A DNA stretch of 64,000 nucleotides from a virus (taxonomy: Duplodnaviria; Caudoviricetes): the IMG/VR virus record IMGVR_UViG_3300020016_000004, positions 1 through 64,000 of that record. The stretch is one strand, 5' to 3'. The position numbers were made by a program, and so were the translations under genes. A model generated the notes under the pieces. It saw nothing but the letters and a program-made list of their open reading frames with translations, had not been told where the DNA came from and did not search any database. Of this stretch, positions 17,597 to 28,500 are shown piece by piece (within the stretch, counting starts at the first letter, position 1; the number at the start of each line of letters is the position of its first letter).

Positions 17597-17608
17597 AGCA
17601 TTTGATTT

Positions 17609-20600
17609 TTAAAATTGAGGTTCGACGCAGACTCCTGCATCGTAGTTTATGCTTCCAAGCGAATTGACCAGAGTGGTGTATAATTTTATTTCTCCAAATG
17701 CGCTAACATTGATCTGAAACGCTCCATACAAGGGGGTGGTGGCCGTAGATACATTTACAGAGGTGACACCAGCAGGATAGAGGTCTATCGTTTTATGATT
17801 CCCGTTTTGGTCATCATACTCCAGCGTCATTTTTATAATATCAGTAGATATGCTATTTATAGTGAGATAGGGTGATATTAAGTGTTTCCCGGCACCACCA
17901 AAGGTAAAGTCATATATAACGGCTGCCGTGGTGGCCGCAAGGGTGTCTTTGCAATATGGGGTAGGCGAATAATTGTACCTATTGGTTTCATACAGCGTAT
18001 CACCATCTTCATCGCTCATAAATTCAATAAATGAACTGTCGCTTGCTCCAACAAAAAAGTCTTGACCATTTTTTAGGATTAAATTTCCACCAGAATAAAA
18101 CTGAACATAACTTGTTGGATCTACATTGCTGGTAGCATCAAACCGATATTTAAAATGCGGTCTTGCTCCGGTTATATCAGAAATAGATTCAATATTCCCG
18201 ATAAACATGGAAATATTAGTGGCATAATTAATTGTGGAAATGTCATATACGGGAGCCGCCGAAACAGCCAGAGTGTCTATTACGTTGGAATAGGTTTTAT
18301 AAACCTCGAATGAAGTAGTGTATATTTTGTTGTCGGGTACAATTACCTCAATGTCATTGGGGGCAATATAGATGTTACTAAAAAAATGACATCTTTTTCC
18401 AACATAGAGCGTATCATCTTCTCCAATTACAATGGGACCCTCAAAATCTGATCCTGTATCAGCAAACATTTTCCCGGCATCATGTAATGTGATATACTCA
18501 TCAAAAGTATTATACGGCATTGAATTAAATTGGCATCCCATTCCGGCTGTAAACTGGCTTACCTCACCACCCCCTTCTCCCTGGTTATGATAACCAAACT
18601 TAATATCTGAATACTGTCCGATGTCAAAATATTTACCAAGTGTATTTGAATCCAGGCGTAATGAGGCTACTTTTCCAAGATTCAATCCATATATGCCAGA
18701 GTATCGTTGTTTATAATCCTTCAGGGTTAACTTGGAATCAATTTCAAGGCTGGCATTTATGATTTGTGCATTACTTGAATCAACATTGATCTCGCATTGC
18801 CTTGCTGTTACATTTTGAGTTTCGTAGTAAGCAACCTGGTAACAGTTTAAAAGAGCAGCTATCGCCCACTTAACACAATTAGGAGTATTGGTAAGTACTA
18901 CAAATCCGGGATAACTTTGTTCAACAGGATTAACGAGAAAAGTATTGTCTTTGATAAGGGTAATAAAGTCTAAATCCCATAGGTACTCAACAGGAATAGC
19001 CACATTGGCGATATTATAATAATACAACCTTGTATTTACTAACTGTACTCCATTCCATTGTCCACTGATGGGAAAGGAATAGTCAACATTTTGATCTGAT
19101 GGTGAAGCACCTGCCGATGGGTTTGTAATTGTATAGGTCGCACCAATGATTACTGTATCAGCAGCAACAGCTGCTATGAATTGAGCAGATGTGCAAGCAA
19201 TGGAATCTATTGTAGCAGGGTACTTCCAATGATCATATCCATCAGCACTAACAGTAAGAACTTTGTTGGTGGCTTCTTCTCCATTTTTAATACGAATAGT
19301 ATCTATACGTACGTCAAATTTATTTTTTCCAAAACCCAGACTGTCACGAATGCCTGTTCCTGCCGTGTCCTGTACAATAAGTCCAGGCACACCCGGGTGT
19401 GTCGCTTTTATGTGAAGCTGTGCAGCAGGTCTGTCAAATCTATATACACCTATTCCTGCAGTGAAAGTATAAAAGCTGGGTTCATTACCACCAAGGATCA
19501 ACACATTGTCAAACTCGGCTTTGCTTCTATATCCGTAGGTAGAGGTATAATTAAGCGAAGCCCCAATATTTCCAGAGTAACATCCAGTTGCCGTATTCCA
19601 GCTTCCATCAATATTATGATCAGAAGACTGGCGACCAATGTATGTATTTGACTTTCCTGTTGTATTTATAGAACCGGCCTCTGATCCTGCAAATGTGTTG
19701 TTAAATCCGGTGGTATTCTCTCCTCCGGCAAACCACCCAAGAACTGTATTTTCATGACCCGTTGTATTGGATCCTAATGTAAATCTTCCAAAAGCTGAAT
19801 TTTTTAAATTGGTGTTACGATATACTCCCCCAGCTTCTGCACCAAAAACTGTTGTACCAAAATCATGAGATAATCCTGCGATCTCTGTTGCTCCAATGGA
19901 AAAGAAAGTTGTATCGTTTAGTTTTATCTGTGAAGCATTAATGGCAAGAGGAGAACACGCATTGATCGTATGCACATAAAGGCTATTTAAGCATCCTGTA
20001 ATCGTTGTATCAATAGATCCTCCTCCACCTCCAACAGGGAATTGATGGGAAACACCATCAATAGTATATTTTACGGTGTCTTTACTTGCTACACCAAAAA
20101 TTGTGTCCACCTTTCCATTATCCTTTACCTGGTTGTCTGCCGTAAAAGTTATTATTTGATTTGCCCATGTTCCCCGAAGAACGCAATTATTAAATGAGGC
20201 AAAGTCTACATAACAGTTATTCAGATTTGCAAACCTGATACTATCGCCCGTATCTCCATTATGTATTTCTGTATTTTCAACAAAAGCATTTTCAAGATTA
20301 ACCCCTGTTCCCGCTGCCGAAGCTATAATATCAGAATTGGTATAAAGTACATTGGTTGTCTTCCCGAAATTCTGAATATTTGAATTGAAGATAAATGTTT
20401 TGTTGGCGCTCGCTGTCAAGTGAATGTCTGTGCCGCTTGTACGCTCTCCATCTATGGAGAACCCTTCCACCTGTATGCTATTTGCTTCAAAATAAACTCT
20501 CGAAGCCACTCCCATGCGCATGCTTTTCAACTTGCATCCTGTATGGCTTTGAATGTCCACCACGCTGTTCCTGCCAATGGTACACCCGTTTATTTCTGCT

Positions 20601-22402
20601 CCAGCACCGATGTTTAATATTCCACCGGTAGTAATATTACTCACAGGGGAAATGTCATTATAAAGAATGTCTGAGTTATCTCCCGTGAAAGAGAAGGTAA
20701 TATCAGGAGATCCACCAGCATTATATCCAAGTACATGGTTTCCTTCAAATGTCAGAGATGTATGATTGTCGGCGCGAAAATAAGAGTCCTTAAAATTGTT
20801 GGAAATAAAATAAGTATTTCCGGCGATAACATCAGACTGATCAAAGTCCTCCATCAGCGTGTTATCAATTTTATTATCCGTCTCAAATGAAAACCAATCA
20901 AAAGGAAACATGCCGATAGCGCTTTGCCCAATGGTTCCAGCAATGACAGCATTATTGCCAAGAGGCTCATACACTGATGTAACAAGGTTGTTCTGTACAT
21001 CATAAGTAGCTGTTACCATAACAGTATCGCTCATGAAACTGTTAATAAAGTACCCCTGTCCGCCGACCTCCAACCTTCCCTTGGTCAGAGCCATGATATT
21101 AAGTTTCATGTGGACCCCCGTTTGTCCCGCACCGGCATTACTGACCTGGTATATAACTGTTGAATCGGCAGTGTAGGTATTAACAAGCGTTTTAAGTGCG
21201 GCAGCAGTAATGGGTATAATTGACATTCCCCCTCCTCCCGCCGAACCAATAGTAACCGTACCCGCCCCATTATCAGTAATGGTGATACTTCCAGATTGGG
21301 CTAAATTTAAAAGGGCCTGATCAACATTTGGTGTTCCATTGGTTTCAAGAGACAATGATGACCCTCCGCCACCCGGCTGCCAACTTAAATTACCAAGACC
21401 ATCATTGGTCCACACATCTCCAGCGTTTCCCTGCGTGTTAGTATATACATAGGGAACGCTGTTTATTGTCCAATTAGGAGAATTGAACTCATATCCGCCT
21501 GATATTAGATTCCTTACGATAATAGCGGCATTTGTTGGTCCAGTATTAGGATCAAACCCAATATACGTATCTCCAAAATATTCTGTAATAATACCATTCC
21601 ATCCGCTTGGAGGGCTTCCGCTAAAGGTTGTAGAATTATAATAGAACCCAACCGGATAAGCGTTGCTTTGGTCTATGTCTCCCAGTATGGCGTCGGTTGA
21701 CGTGCTTCTTACTCCCGTCCCATTTGCACCAAGGGTTTGGACGCCGGCAGAAAAAACGCCGCTAATATATGTAAGCTGGTTTGATCCCACTAATGGATTG
21801 GCTGCGCCATCTCCCACGGCAACCTGTCCGCCATCGAGCGATACACCACCGCCAGTCGGCGAAAAGAAGTTGGTCGTTATCACGTTCCACCTGTGGGTAA
21901 ACCCGGAATATCTTAAAAGAGCCACATATCCGCTTTGCAGAGGATAGGTGGCAATTCCAAGTGGCAGGGAAAATCTTCCCGCCGCCTGTGAGCTAAGATT
22001 TTCGTTTATCAATACAATACTATCTCCATTTGTGCTAAGATTCCCAAGTAATAGCCACCTGCCATCCACGCCATTCTGAAGTCCACCGAGCCTTATCGTG
22101 TTGTTTTTAAATCTTAAATCAAAAGTTGTGGTTTGAAGTGAATAATTTAAAACTATTCCTGATGCAGAGGAGTCATACCTTGTTCCATCAAGAACAATCT
22201 GACCGTTTAATGCAAAAAAATTATCTACAATAAGAGAGTCCGGAATTTTTAACCCGTTTATAAAATATTGATTAACCGAAGTATTTGCCGACCCAATCAA
22301 AACCGGTGTGCCAAGGCCCGATGTTGGAAAGTTTATTTGCTGCGCATGCATGGCGCATACAAATAAAACGAATAGTCCGGTTAGTTTAAGTGATTTGGTC
22401 AT
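17609..22402 (-). CDS. 1597-aa mosaic tail fibre/adhesin-like protein with N-terminal signal peptide
   Basis: Signal peptide; beta-helix-like Asn/Gly repeats; NT..G..N..LG head repeats; PAAQLHI motif. Confidence 0.7.
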   Translation of the reverse strand: MTKSLKLTGLFVLFVCAMHAQQINFPTSGLGTPVLIGSANTSVNQYFINGLKIPDSLIVDNFFALNGQIVLDGTRYDSSASGIVLNYSLQTTTFDLRFKNNTIRLGGLQNGVDGRWLLLGNLSTNGDSIVLINENLSSQAAGRFSLPLGIATYPLQSGYVALLRYSGFTHRWNVITTNFFSPTGGGVSLDGGQVAVGDGAANPLVGSNQLTYISGVFSAGVQTLGANGTGVRSTSTDAILGDIDQSNAYPVGFYYNSTTFSGSPPSGWNGIITEYFGDTYIGFDPNTGPTNAAIIVRNLISGGYEFNSPNWTINSVPYVYTNTQGNAGDVWTNDGLGNLSWQPGGGGSSLSLETNGTPNVDQALLNLAQSGSITITDNGAGTVTIGSAGGGGMSIIPITAAALKTLVNTYTADSTVIYQVSNAGAGQTGVHMKLNIMALTKGRLEVGGQGYFINSFMSDTVMVTATYDVQNNLVTSVYEPLGNNAVIAGTIGQSAIGMFPFDWFSFETDNKIDNTLMEDFDQSDVIAGNTYFISNNFKDSYFRADNHTSLTFEGNHVLGYNAGGSPDITFSFTGDNSDILYNDISPVSNITTGGILNIGAGAEINGCTIGRNSVVDIQSHTGCKLKSMRMGVASRVYFEANSIQVEGFSIDGERTSGTDIHLTASANKTFIFNSNIQNFGKTTNVLYTNSDIIASAAGTGVNLENAFVENTEIHNGDTGDSIRFANLNNCYVDFASFNNCVLRGTWANQIITFTADNQVKDNGKVDTIFGVASKDTVKYTIDGVSHQFPVGGGGGSIDTTITGCLNSLYVHTINACSPLAINASQIKLNDTTFFSIGATEIAGLSHDFGTTVFGAEAGGVYRNTNLKNSAFGRFTLGSNTTGHENTVLGWFAGGENTTGFNNTFAGSEAGSINTTGKSNTYIGRQSSDHNIDGSWNTATGCYSGNIGASLNYTSTYGYRSKAEFDNVLILGGNEPSFYTFTAGIGVYRFDRPAAQLHIKATHPGVPGLIVQDTAGTGIRDSLGFGKNKFDVRIDTIRIKNGEEATNKVLTVSADGYDHWKYPATIDSIACTSAQFIAAVAADTVIIGATYTITNPSAGASPSDQNVDYSFPISGQWNGVQLVNTRLYYYNIANVAIPVEYLWDLDFITLIKDNTFLVNPVEQSYPGFVVLTNTPNCVKWAIAALLNCYQVAYYETQNVTARQCEINVDSSNAQIINASLEIDSKLTLKDYKQRYSGIYGLNLGKVASLRLDSNTLGKYFDIGQYSDIKFGYHNQGEGGGEVSQFTAGMGCQFNSMPYNTFDEYITLHDAGKMFADTGSDFEGPIVIGEDDTLYVGKRCHFFSNIYIAPNDIEVIVPDNKIYTTSFEVYKTYSNVIDTLAVSAAPVYDISTINYATNISMFIGNIESISDITGARPHFKYRFDATSNVDPTSYVQFYSGGNLILKNGQDFFVGASDSSFIEFMSDEDGDTLYETNRYNYSPTPYCKDTLAATTAAVIYDFTFGGAGKHLISPYLTINSISTDIIKMTLEYDDQNGNHKTIDLYPAGVTSVNVSTATTPLYGAFQINVSAFGEIKLYTTLVNSLGSINYDAGVCVEPQF

Positions 22403-22890
22403 GATAGGACGAGTAAGAATATATCTTCGGATCCATTGGCCATCGTTATGGTGGATCCGGCAAAGGAGTAATATACTGGTGACGCGGCATACCTTATCCT
22501 GCTTGACAAGGTTGCGTCAGTGAATAAAATGAAATTTACATCAGGAGATTTCCCGGTGAGAACAAATTGAGCTCCGTAAATTGAGGTGTCTATGGAGTCG
22601 CCCGTAAAATCGACCTTTGGTATTGATACCATTGCGATTGCAGATGATCCACCCGAAAAAGTAAATATCACCGATACTGTGCCACCTGCATTATAGTATA
22701 GATCGCCTGTGCTTATGTCAAGATAAAACTGTCCGTCGGCAAGAAGCCCCGGCGTGGGTGCGCCCGAGCCGAATATCCATGTACCCCGAAGCATCTTTGT
22801 CTTCAGGTCATTGATGACCATCCAAAAATACTCTCCTGTAACATAGGCTAAGTTCCGCCCCTGATTGGATAAATCAACACCATTACTCAT
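22399..22890 (-). CDS. Tail/fibre-associated structural protein
   Basis: GSGAP...L.ADGQFYLD.STGDLY motif typical of phage fibre adaptor segments. Confidence 0.6.
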   Translation of the reverse strand: MSNGVDLSNQGRNLAYVTGEYFWMVINDLKTKMLRGTWIFGSGAPTPGLLADGQFYLDISTGDLYYNAGGTVSVIFTFSGGSSAIAMVSIPKVDFTGDSIDTSIYGAQFVLTGKSPDVNFILFTDATLSSRIRYAASPVYYSFAGSTITMANGSEDIFLLVLS

Positions 22891-22928
22891 TCGCGTGACG
22901 AGATTAAAAAGTTAGAAACCGTAAATCT

Positions 22929-22938
22929 AAATGCGAAT
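22929..22938 (-). promoter_or_regulatory. Candidate late promoter motif ATTCGCATTT
   Basis: Exact copies also at 43911 and 48497, all intergenic before structural genes. Confidence 0.55.
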
Positions 22939-22997
22939 AAGAATGGCAAACTTAAAAATAAATTCTATTCAAAACCTGCTCATGCTAAACTTTACTT

Positions 22998-24698
22998 TTA
23001 ACAGCACCCACAGATATTGTTTACTTTGTCTATGATAGAGCGGACTTCGCTGTCACTCAGGCACCCGTCAGATACCTCTACGGTGTTTTCTGTTCCGCCC
23101 GAGAACAAACTACTATAACTATGTGGTCCGAGCTTACCTGTATATCCAAATGTTACCGTAGCCTCATTATATCCTCCATCGGGAGCACATATCTGTATGG
23201 CTGCATCTCCAAGATCGGTCGCACTATATCCATTTCCAATATTGGTAACGATATAATCTATCATATCCTGGAAGGTGGCAAAAAAAACTGAACTGAAACT
23301 GAATATCACATTGCCGTCCACTGTCACGTATCCTTCTGTTATCTCGGTATCGCTGTCAAGAAAAGCAAATATCACGCAAGAGCGATCTCCATAAATGGTG
23401 ATGGTGCCCGATGGTATGTAGTTCCGAATGATCTGATGTGCGCGTGTGACATAGCTTAAATTCTCTTCTTCACAATGGCATAGTTCTTCGCCGTTTTCCT
23501 GTGCGATTCTTATTTCATCGGCGAGCCGGGAGGAACAGCATGCTATATTATCTGCGATAGCCTGTGTTTGTGGATATGTCAGATCGGTGGTCGGTACTGC
23601 TGCAGGTTCCAATATGGTAACGCTTGCCGTTTGTGTGCATCCATTGCTGTCTGTCACTACCACGGTATAGGTTCCGCCGGGAAGCCCTGAAATAGATGGT
23701 GTGTCAGCACCATTACTCCATGAGTACGAATATGGCTCATCGCCGCCCGTAACGGTATCTACGCTTGCAAATCCGTTGGGAGCAAACAAATTGGTGGAGT
23801 CAGAGGATATTGCTGATATTGTAAATCCACCCAAAATAAACAGGTTCACACCACCGGTAACGATAAATGTGCCTATGCTTCCTGCCGCATCATCAGTGAA
23901 CACCATTCCAAGCGGACTCGCGGAAGGAGTATAAACAACAGACCCTCCAGCACCGCCGGGACTCCATGCATAAGTGGGACCCACAAGTTCGGGGTCATCA
24001 TAAGATACCGAAACGGTTCTATCTCCGCTGGCACACAGAGCCAGGTCGGCAGAAAAGTTAAGTGTTACCTCTTCTGCCCAATAAGTATATCCGTATATTC
24101 GTAAAATGGCACCGGAAGAATCTGTTATTTCTGCCCATACTTCGTCTTCAAGCGGAATTCCGGTGATATTCGAGCCGATATGCCCGGTTGACCATACCGT
24201 AAAGTAGCCTCCCGCTCCGCTGATAACACTTACTGCGAAGTCAGACTTATTATATCCGGACTGAACCTGCACAGAATTGATATTGGTGAGTGTTCCTATG
24301 TTTATCTTAGATACCCCGTAGGCGCTCGGAAACCGTGGTATCAATATCGCTTTAAGTCCATCAACTATTGGTGCGTAGGTGGCAAATATCACCATATTTA
24401 GCCCGAAAGTGGCTGTTCCCAAAACAAATGTCCACGTATTTGTTCCGACTGTTAATGCAAATGCATTTGACTGAAACCGGTAGAACGGATGTCCATCTGC
24501 ATTTGTCAGCGGTGCTACAAAGGTCAGCGTGTCGCCTTCGTTATAATACCGATACTGATCAGAAGTTATCTGTCCGTTGACAACAACATCTCCATTTCCA
24601 TAGACATCGAGTGGAGCCTGGATGATGATTGGCTGTATAGGAGTGGTGGTGGCTCCGTTATATGCGAATATGATTCTTCTTATAGCCATATCATACAC
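22998..24698 (-). CDS. Cys-rich structural protein with an inserted SprB-like repeat
   Basis: TGGDEPYSYSWSNG....ISGLPGGTYTVVVTDSNGC; ends ICGCC. Confidence 0.7.
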   Translation of the reverse strand: MYDMAIRRIIFAYNGATTTPIQPIIIQAPLDVYGNGDVVVNGQITSDQYRYYNEGDTLTFVAPLTNADGHPFYRFQSNAFALTVGTNTWTFVLGTATFGLNMVIFATYAPIVDGLKAILIPRFPSAYGVSKINIGTLTNINSVQVQSGYNKSDFAVSVISGAGGYFTVWSTGHIGSNITGIPLEDEVWAEITDSSGAILRIYGYTYWAEEVTLNFSADLALCASGDRTVSVSYDDPELVGPTYAWSPGGAGGSVVYTPSASPLGMVFTDDAAGSIGTFIVTGGVNLFILGGFTISAISSDSTNLFAPNGFASVDTVTGGDEPYSYSWSNGADTPSISGLPGGTYTVVVTDSNGCTQTASVTILEPAAVPTTDLTYPQTQAIADNIACCSSRLADEIRIAQENGEELCHCEEENLSYVTRAHQIIRNYIPSGTITIYGDRSCVIFAFLDSDTEITEGYVTVDGNVIFSFSSVFFATFQDMIDYIVTNIGNGYSATDLGDAAIQICAPDGGYNEATVTFGYTGKLGPHSYSSLFSGGTENTVEVSDGCLSDSEVRSIIDKVNNICGCC

Positions 24699-25299
24699 AT
24701 CCGCAACCTGTACGATTGCAGATATCTGTTAGTTGTTCGATTAAATCTTTTGCCCTTTGTATTTTCGGCGGATCGCAGAGAAACGAATTCTTTATTGCCT
24801 CCAATGTGTTCCACGCTTTTGTAAAATCAGATCCTCCGCATTTACATTCATCGGTACACTTGCATAATTTGTAGGTGGCGGCCATCTTGTTCACGCAGCA
24901 TTCAAGTGTACATAAGATTGGAAGTTCAATGGTTACTGTTTCTGAGTATTCCCCGATTCCGCCCGAATCATCTCCTGTTACTGTATAAATAGCGGTGATC
25001 ACCTGTGATGGAATTTTTTCCTCGGAGGCATAACCTAAAACGGTATTCAGTACTTGGTATGCAAGCTGAGTGTCATCGGTAGGAAAGGTATCGAACAAAT
25101 CAATTTGTGGAATAACAGTTCCGTTCTGCAGGGTAATATCAAGCGTTGCCGTGAGTGCGGTGTCTATGTCGGGTCTTGGCGAATTCCAGCCGCCGGGATT
25201 GGAAGCAGAATAAGCACCCGTGAGTTCGAGCCAGTTAATGCTCTTGCAGTTGCTTGGCCAGGTAATGTCACCTTTTAATACTACTCCTGAATTTGTCAT
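24691..25299 (-). CDS. Cys-rich structural protein
   Basis: ECCV..CKC.DECKC, ends ICNRTGCGCV. Confidence 0.7.
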   Translation of the reverse strand: MTNSGVVLKGDITWPSNCKSINWLELTGAYSASNPGGWNSPRPDIDTALTATLDITLQNGTVIPQIDLFDTFPTDDTQLAYQVLNTVLGYASEEKIPSQVITAIYTVTGDDSGGIGEYSETVTIELPILCTLECCVNKMAATYKLCKCTDECKCGGSDFTKAWNTLEAIKNSFLCDPPKIQRAKDLIEQLTDICNRTGCGCV

Positions 25300-25354
25300 T
25301 TGTCAAATGTATGTTTATATTGGTTTTATTATTTGTCTGATGAAAATTATTTAT

Positions 25355-25531
25355 TCACTTCCGCACGAGAATAACACCTCTTACATCTTCAATTCTCTCA
25401 ACCACTTGTTTAAAGCATTCATCACAGAAAGGTTTATGAGACGTATTATTCATCTCTTCTGTACATAGAATACACACTTCTTTTTTGATGGTGTATTCAA
25501 ACTGTTCTACTTTTCCCGTGCTGTCTGTCAT
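25355..25531 (-). CDS. Small zinc-finger-like protein (58 aa)
   Basis: Hand translation; CILC...CDEC; ATGA overlap with 25528 stop. Confidence 0.55.
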   Translation of the reverse strand: MTDSTGKVEQFEYTIKKEVCILCTEEMNNTSHKPFCDECFKQVVERIEDVRGVILVRK

Positions 25532-28500
25532 TTTTTCTTTTTTATTTGTTCTCTTAAAATCGGAATCCCCGTTTGAAGATTTTCCAATACACCTTCGGGT
25601 TTCCTTTTTTGTATTTCTCCCATTTCATCCTTGTCCATGAACTCAGCCGTTTCTTGAATAAGCCGTGGCACCAAGAAACCCTTTGCTATATCTCCTACGG
25701 CGTAGGCTGTGCCGCCATTTTTTAAATCCTGTGTGGTACGTGCAGCCTCTCCGATAAATGGTTGTTGTTCTGCGAGTCCCCATGTAGACGCCCCCATTCC
25801 TTTTTCAAGAGCCTCTGCTGCTGTCTTATGCTTGCCAAGCATTTTGTCCTGCACTCTTTTTATTGTCGCACCGAATTGAAGCATTTCAAGAGCCGGAGCA
25901 TGCAGGAATACGTGAGGTATCTTAACACCTAAAAAATCTACGTCACCAAAATGAATGTCGTCTTTTTTCTTTTTGCCAGGTTGATAATATCCTCCAATCT
26001 TATCGGCATTCATGTAGCCGATGGTGAGCAGCGTTGCTCCCAAAGTTTGTTTCTTTAAATTCCTGAGAACATAATCTTTTTGTTCAGGGGTTAAGTTTTC
26101 AACACCTTTTCTTAAAACATTTGCTGCTTTAAGTCCTCCCGCTAAATAGGAAGATGTTTCGGCAACAAAGTTTGATGGTATTTTTACAATCGGGAGTAGG
26201 AGGCGGAACCCTGTAGCCACACTTCCAGCGCCCTTATTTTCAAGTATCTTTAAAAATCCCTGATAAGCAGTGACCACGTTATTCTCATTCATAAAAATAG
26301 TGCGCTGCGCATCTTCGTATGCCTTGGCGCCTATCTCGGCTTGTACCAAAGGATCACTTGCATCAGCGCCATTGCGGATAGCATGCTCCATTCTTTTTTC
26401 AAAAGAACGAAAAAACTCTCCTCGTTTTGGCATTGTTTTCAGGGCTGAGTGAAGCTGTCCGAAAAAATCAAGCGCCTCTGGCGGTAATGATGACCTTCCA
26501 AATAGCTGGTCAAGTTCTCCCTTACCGGCCTTGGCTGTTTCCCATATATCCTTATAGGTAGCTTTTTTAAATGCTTCCGTGATATTTTTTGCTTCTGCTT
26601 TAGCATTGTAGCCACCTTCTCTCGGAGCATCTTTGGCGACTTTGGGAACAGCCTTTCCTATCCCCCACCCAATACCTTCTTCGATAGTTGATGTTAAAAA
26701 CTGACGCGCTGTTGCTGCTGCGGTGAGTTTTCCAAGCGTCTTTACTCCTGACAGGATAGCGAAGCGTTGCCACTTTAAAAGCGCATCACGAACCCTCTCT
26801 CCTTTGCCACGATTCTTTTTTTCGTATTCTCTTTTTAGAAGATTGAACTTATCCTGTGCTTTTTTCTCGGCGGCTTTTAAGGCCAGGCGCTCACGGTCAA
26901 GAACTGGTTTTTGTTTTTTCTTGAAAAGAGATTCTTTTATATGATCAACTGTAAGCCCGGTGATAGCACCCCTTAATTTATCATGAATATTGGATGCAAT
27001 TTCTTCCGCCGATACAATGCCATCTTTAATATAATTCTTGGCAAGTTTTGTTAGTACTGGTATCATTTCAACAGGAATAGGATTGGCAGAAAGTTTTGCT
27101 CTCTGTTTTTTTGCTATCCGGTATAACTGAACATACAGGTTTTCGCGATCTTTCTTTAAATATTCTTTTGTGGCGGTACGTGGAGAACGCTTCTTTTCTT
27201 TTTCAGAATCTTTTATCAGGTCACGTAACGCCTCATTTTCTGAACCAAGTTCAGAAATCTTTTTTTCGTACTCCTCATTTTTTTTACGAAGTTCTTGTAT
27301 TTCCTTATGCAGAGATTCAATATGTGCTATTTCTGCTTCTGTCAGCGGCTCACCCTTAATATTTTTTATCTGGGCTTTCATGGTGGCAAGAGAGAAGTCT
27401 TTCTCCAAAGCCATTTGTACAGATCGCAGGGCACGACCACTTGTGGTAGTAGCGTTATTGACACCCCTTAAAAGTGTTTCATACCGATCCTGTATAGCTG
27501 CTGCTGTAATTCTGTTTTCTGGAGTATCGGGTTCTTGCGCGATGTCATCAATCTGATTTTGAAGCTGACGTTTGCGGGTTAAAAGAAGCGCAAGGTTTTC
27601 ATCGGACACTGGTTTGTTGATATTGTCTGCGTACTCTTGTGCGAGTTCGTCGGCATTGACTCTTCCTGTTTCTATTTTACTTTTTGCTTCGTCGGCGAGT
27701 TTTCCAAAATCCTGTTTAAGTCCGTCTTTAAAGTCTTCATCAATACCGATACGATCCCATTCCTTTTTTAACTCCTCCTTGGTGATGCCCTTGATTTCTT
27801 CTCTCTCGAAACTCTTGGCTACTTTCTCAACCACCTCTTCCGCATGCACCTTATCTTCTTTGGAAAAATCCTGGTACCATTTTGTTTCTTTGACGCTTTG
27901 GATAACATGGGCAATCGCTTCTTTCAGGGTTATTCCACCGAGTCCGATTGAACCTTCTACAATATTTTTCAAATCATCAAATAATTTTGTCTGTTCCTCT
28001 GGCGTGAGATTTTTTTTGACTCCGAATTTATTTACAACACCATTTACACCACTTGCAATTTTTGCTTTCTGCTTTTCTTTTAATTCATTCTGTTTATCAA
28101 TTTTTTCTTCTACAAGAGCGGATTTCTCTTTCGAGCGAACTTCTGCAAGTTTCGTTTTCAAATCGGCGATTTCAGAAACCTCGCGATCTAATCTTGACTG
28201 ATCTGACTTGCTTATATTTTTTTTGAATGTACCGTCTTGCTTTTTAAACTTTTCCGAAAACTTTTCGTGTTCCGCAGTTTTTTTATCAAGAATTTTTTCA
28301 AGAGACTCTTTTGCTAATGTGTAATTTGGCTTTTCATTCGGTAATTTTTCTCCCTCAAATTTAGCAACCTCATTTTTTAATTCAGGAAGCCTAAGCAATC
28401 TATCAACTTCATACAAATCATTAAATTTATTTTCTGCAATATCAGATTCAATTCTTTTTACAGTGGCTATATTTGTCTCGTGCTTATCGAGAGAGTACTT

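Noticed and set aside
17609-22402. Diversity-generating retroelement targeting the fibre
   Set aside because: No reverse transcriptase ORF and no template/variable repeat pair differing at adenines was found by eye
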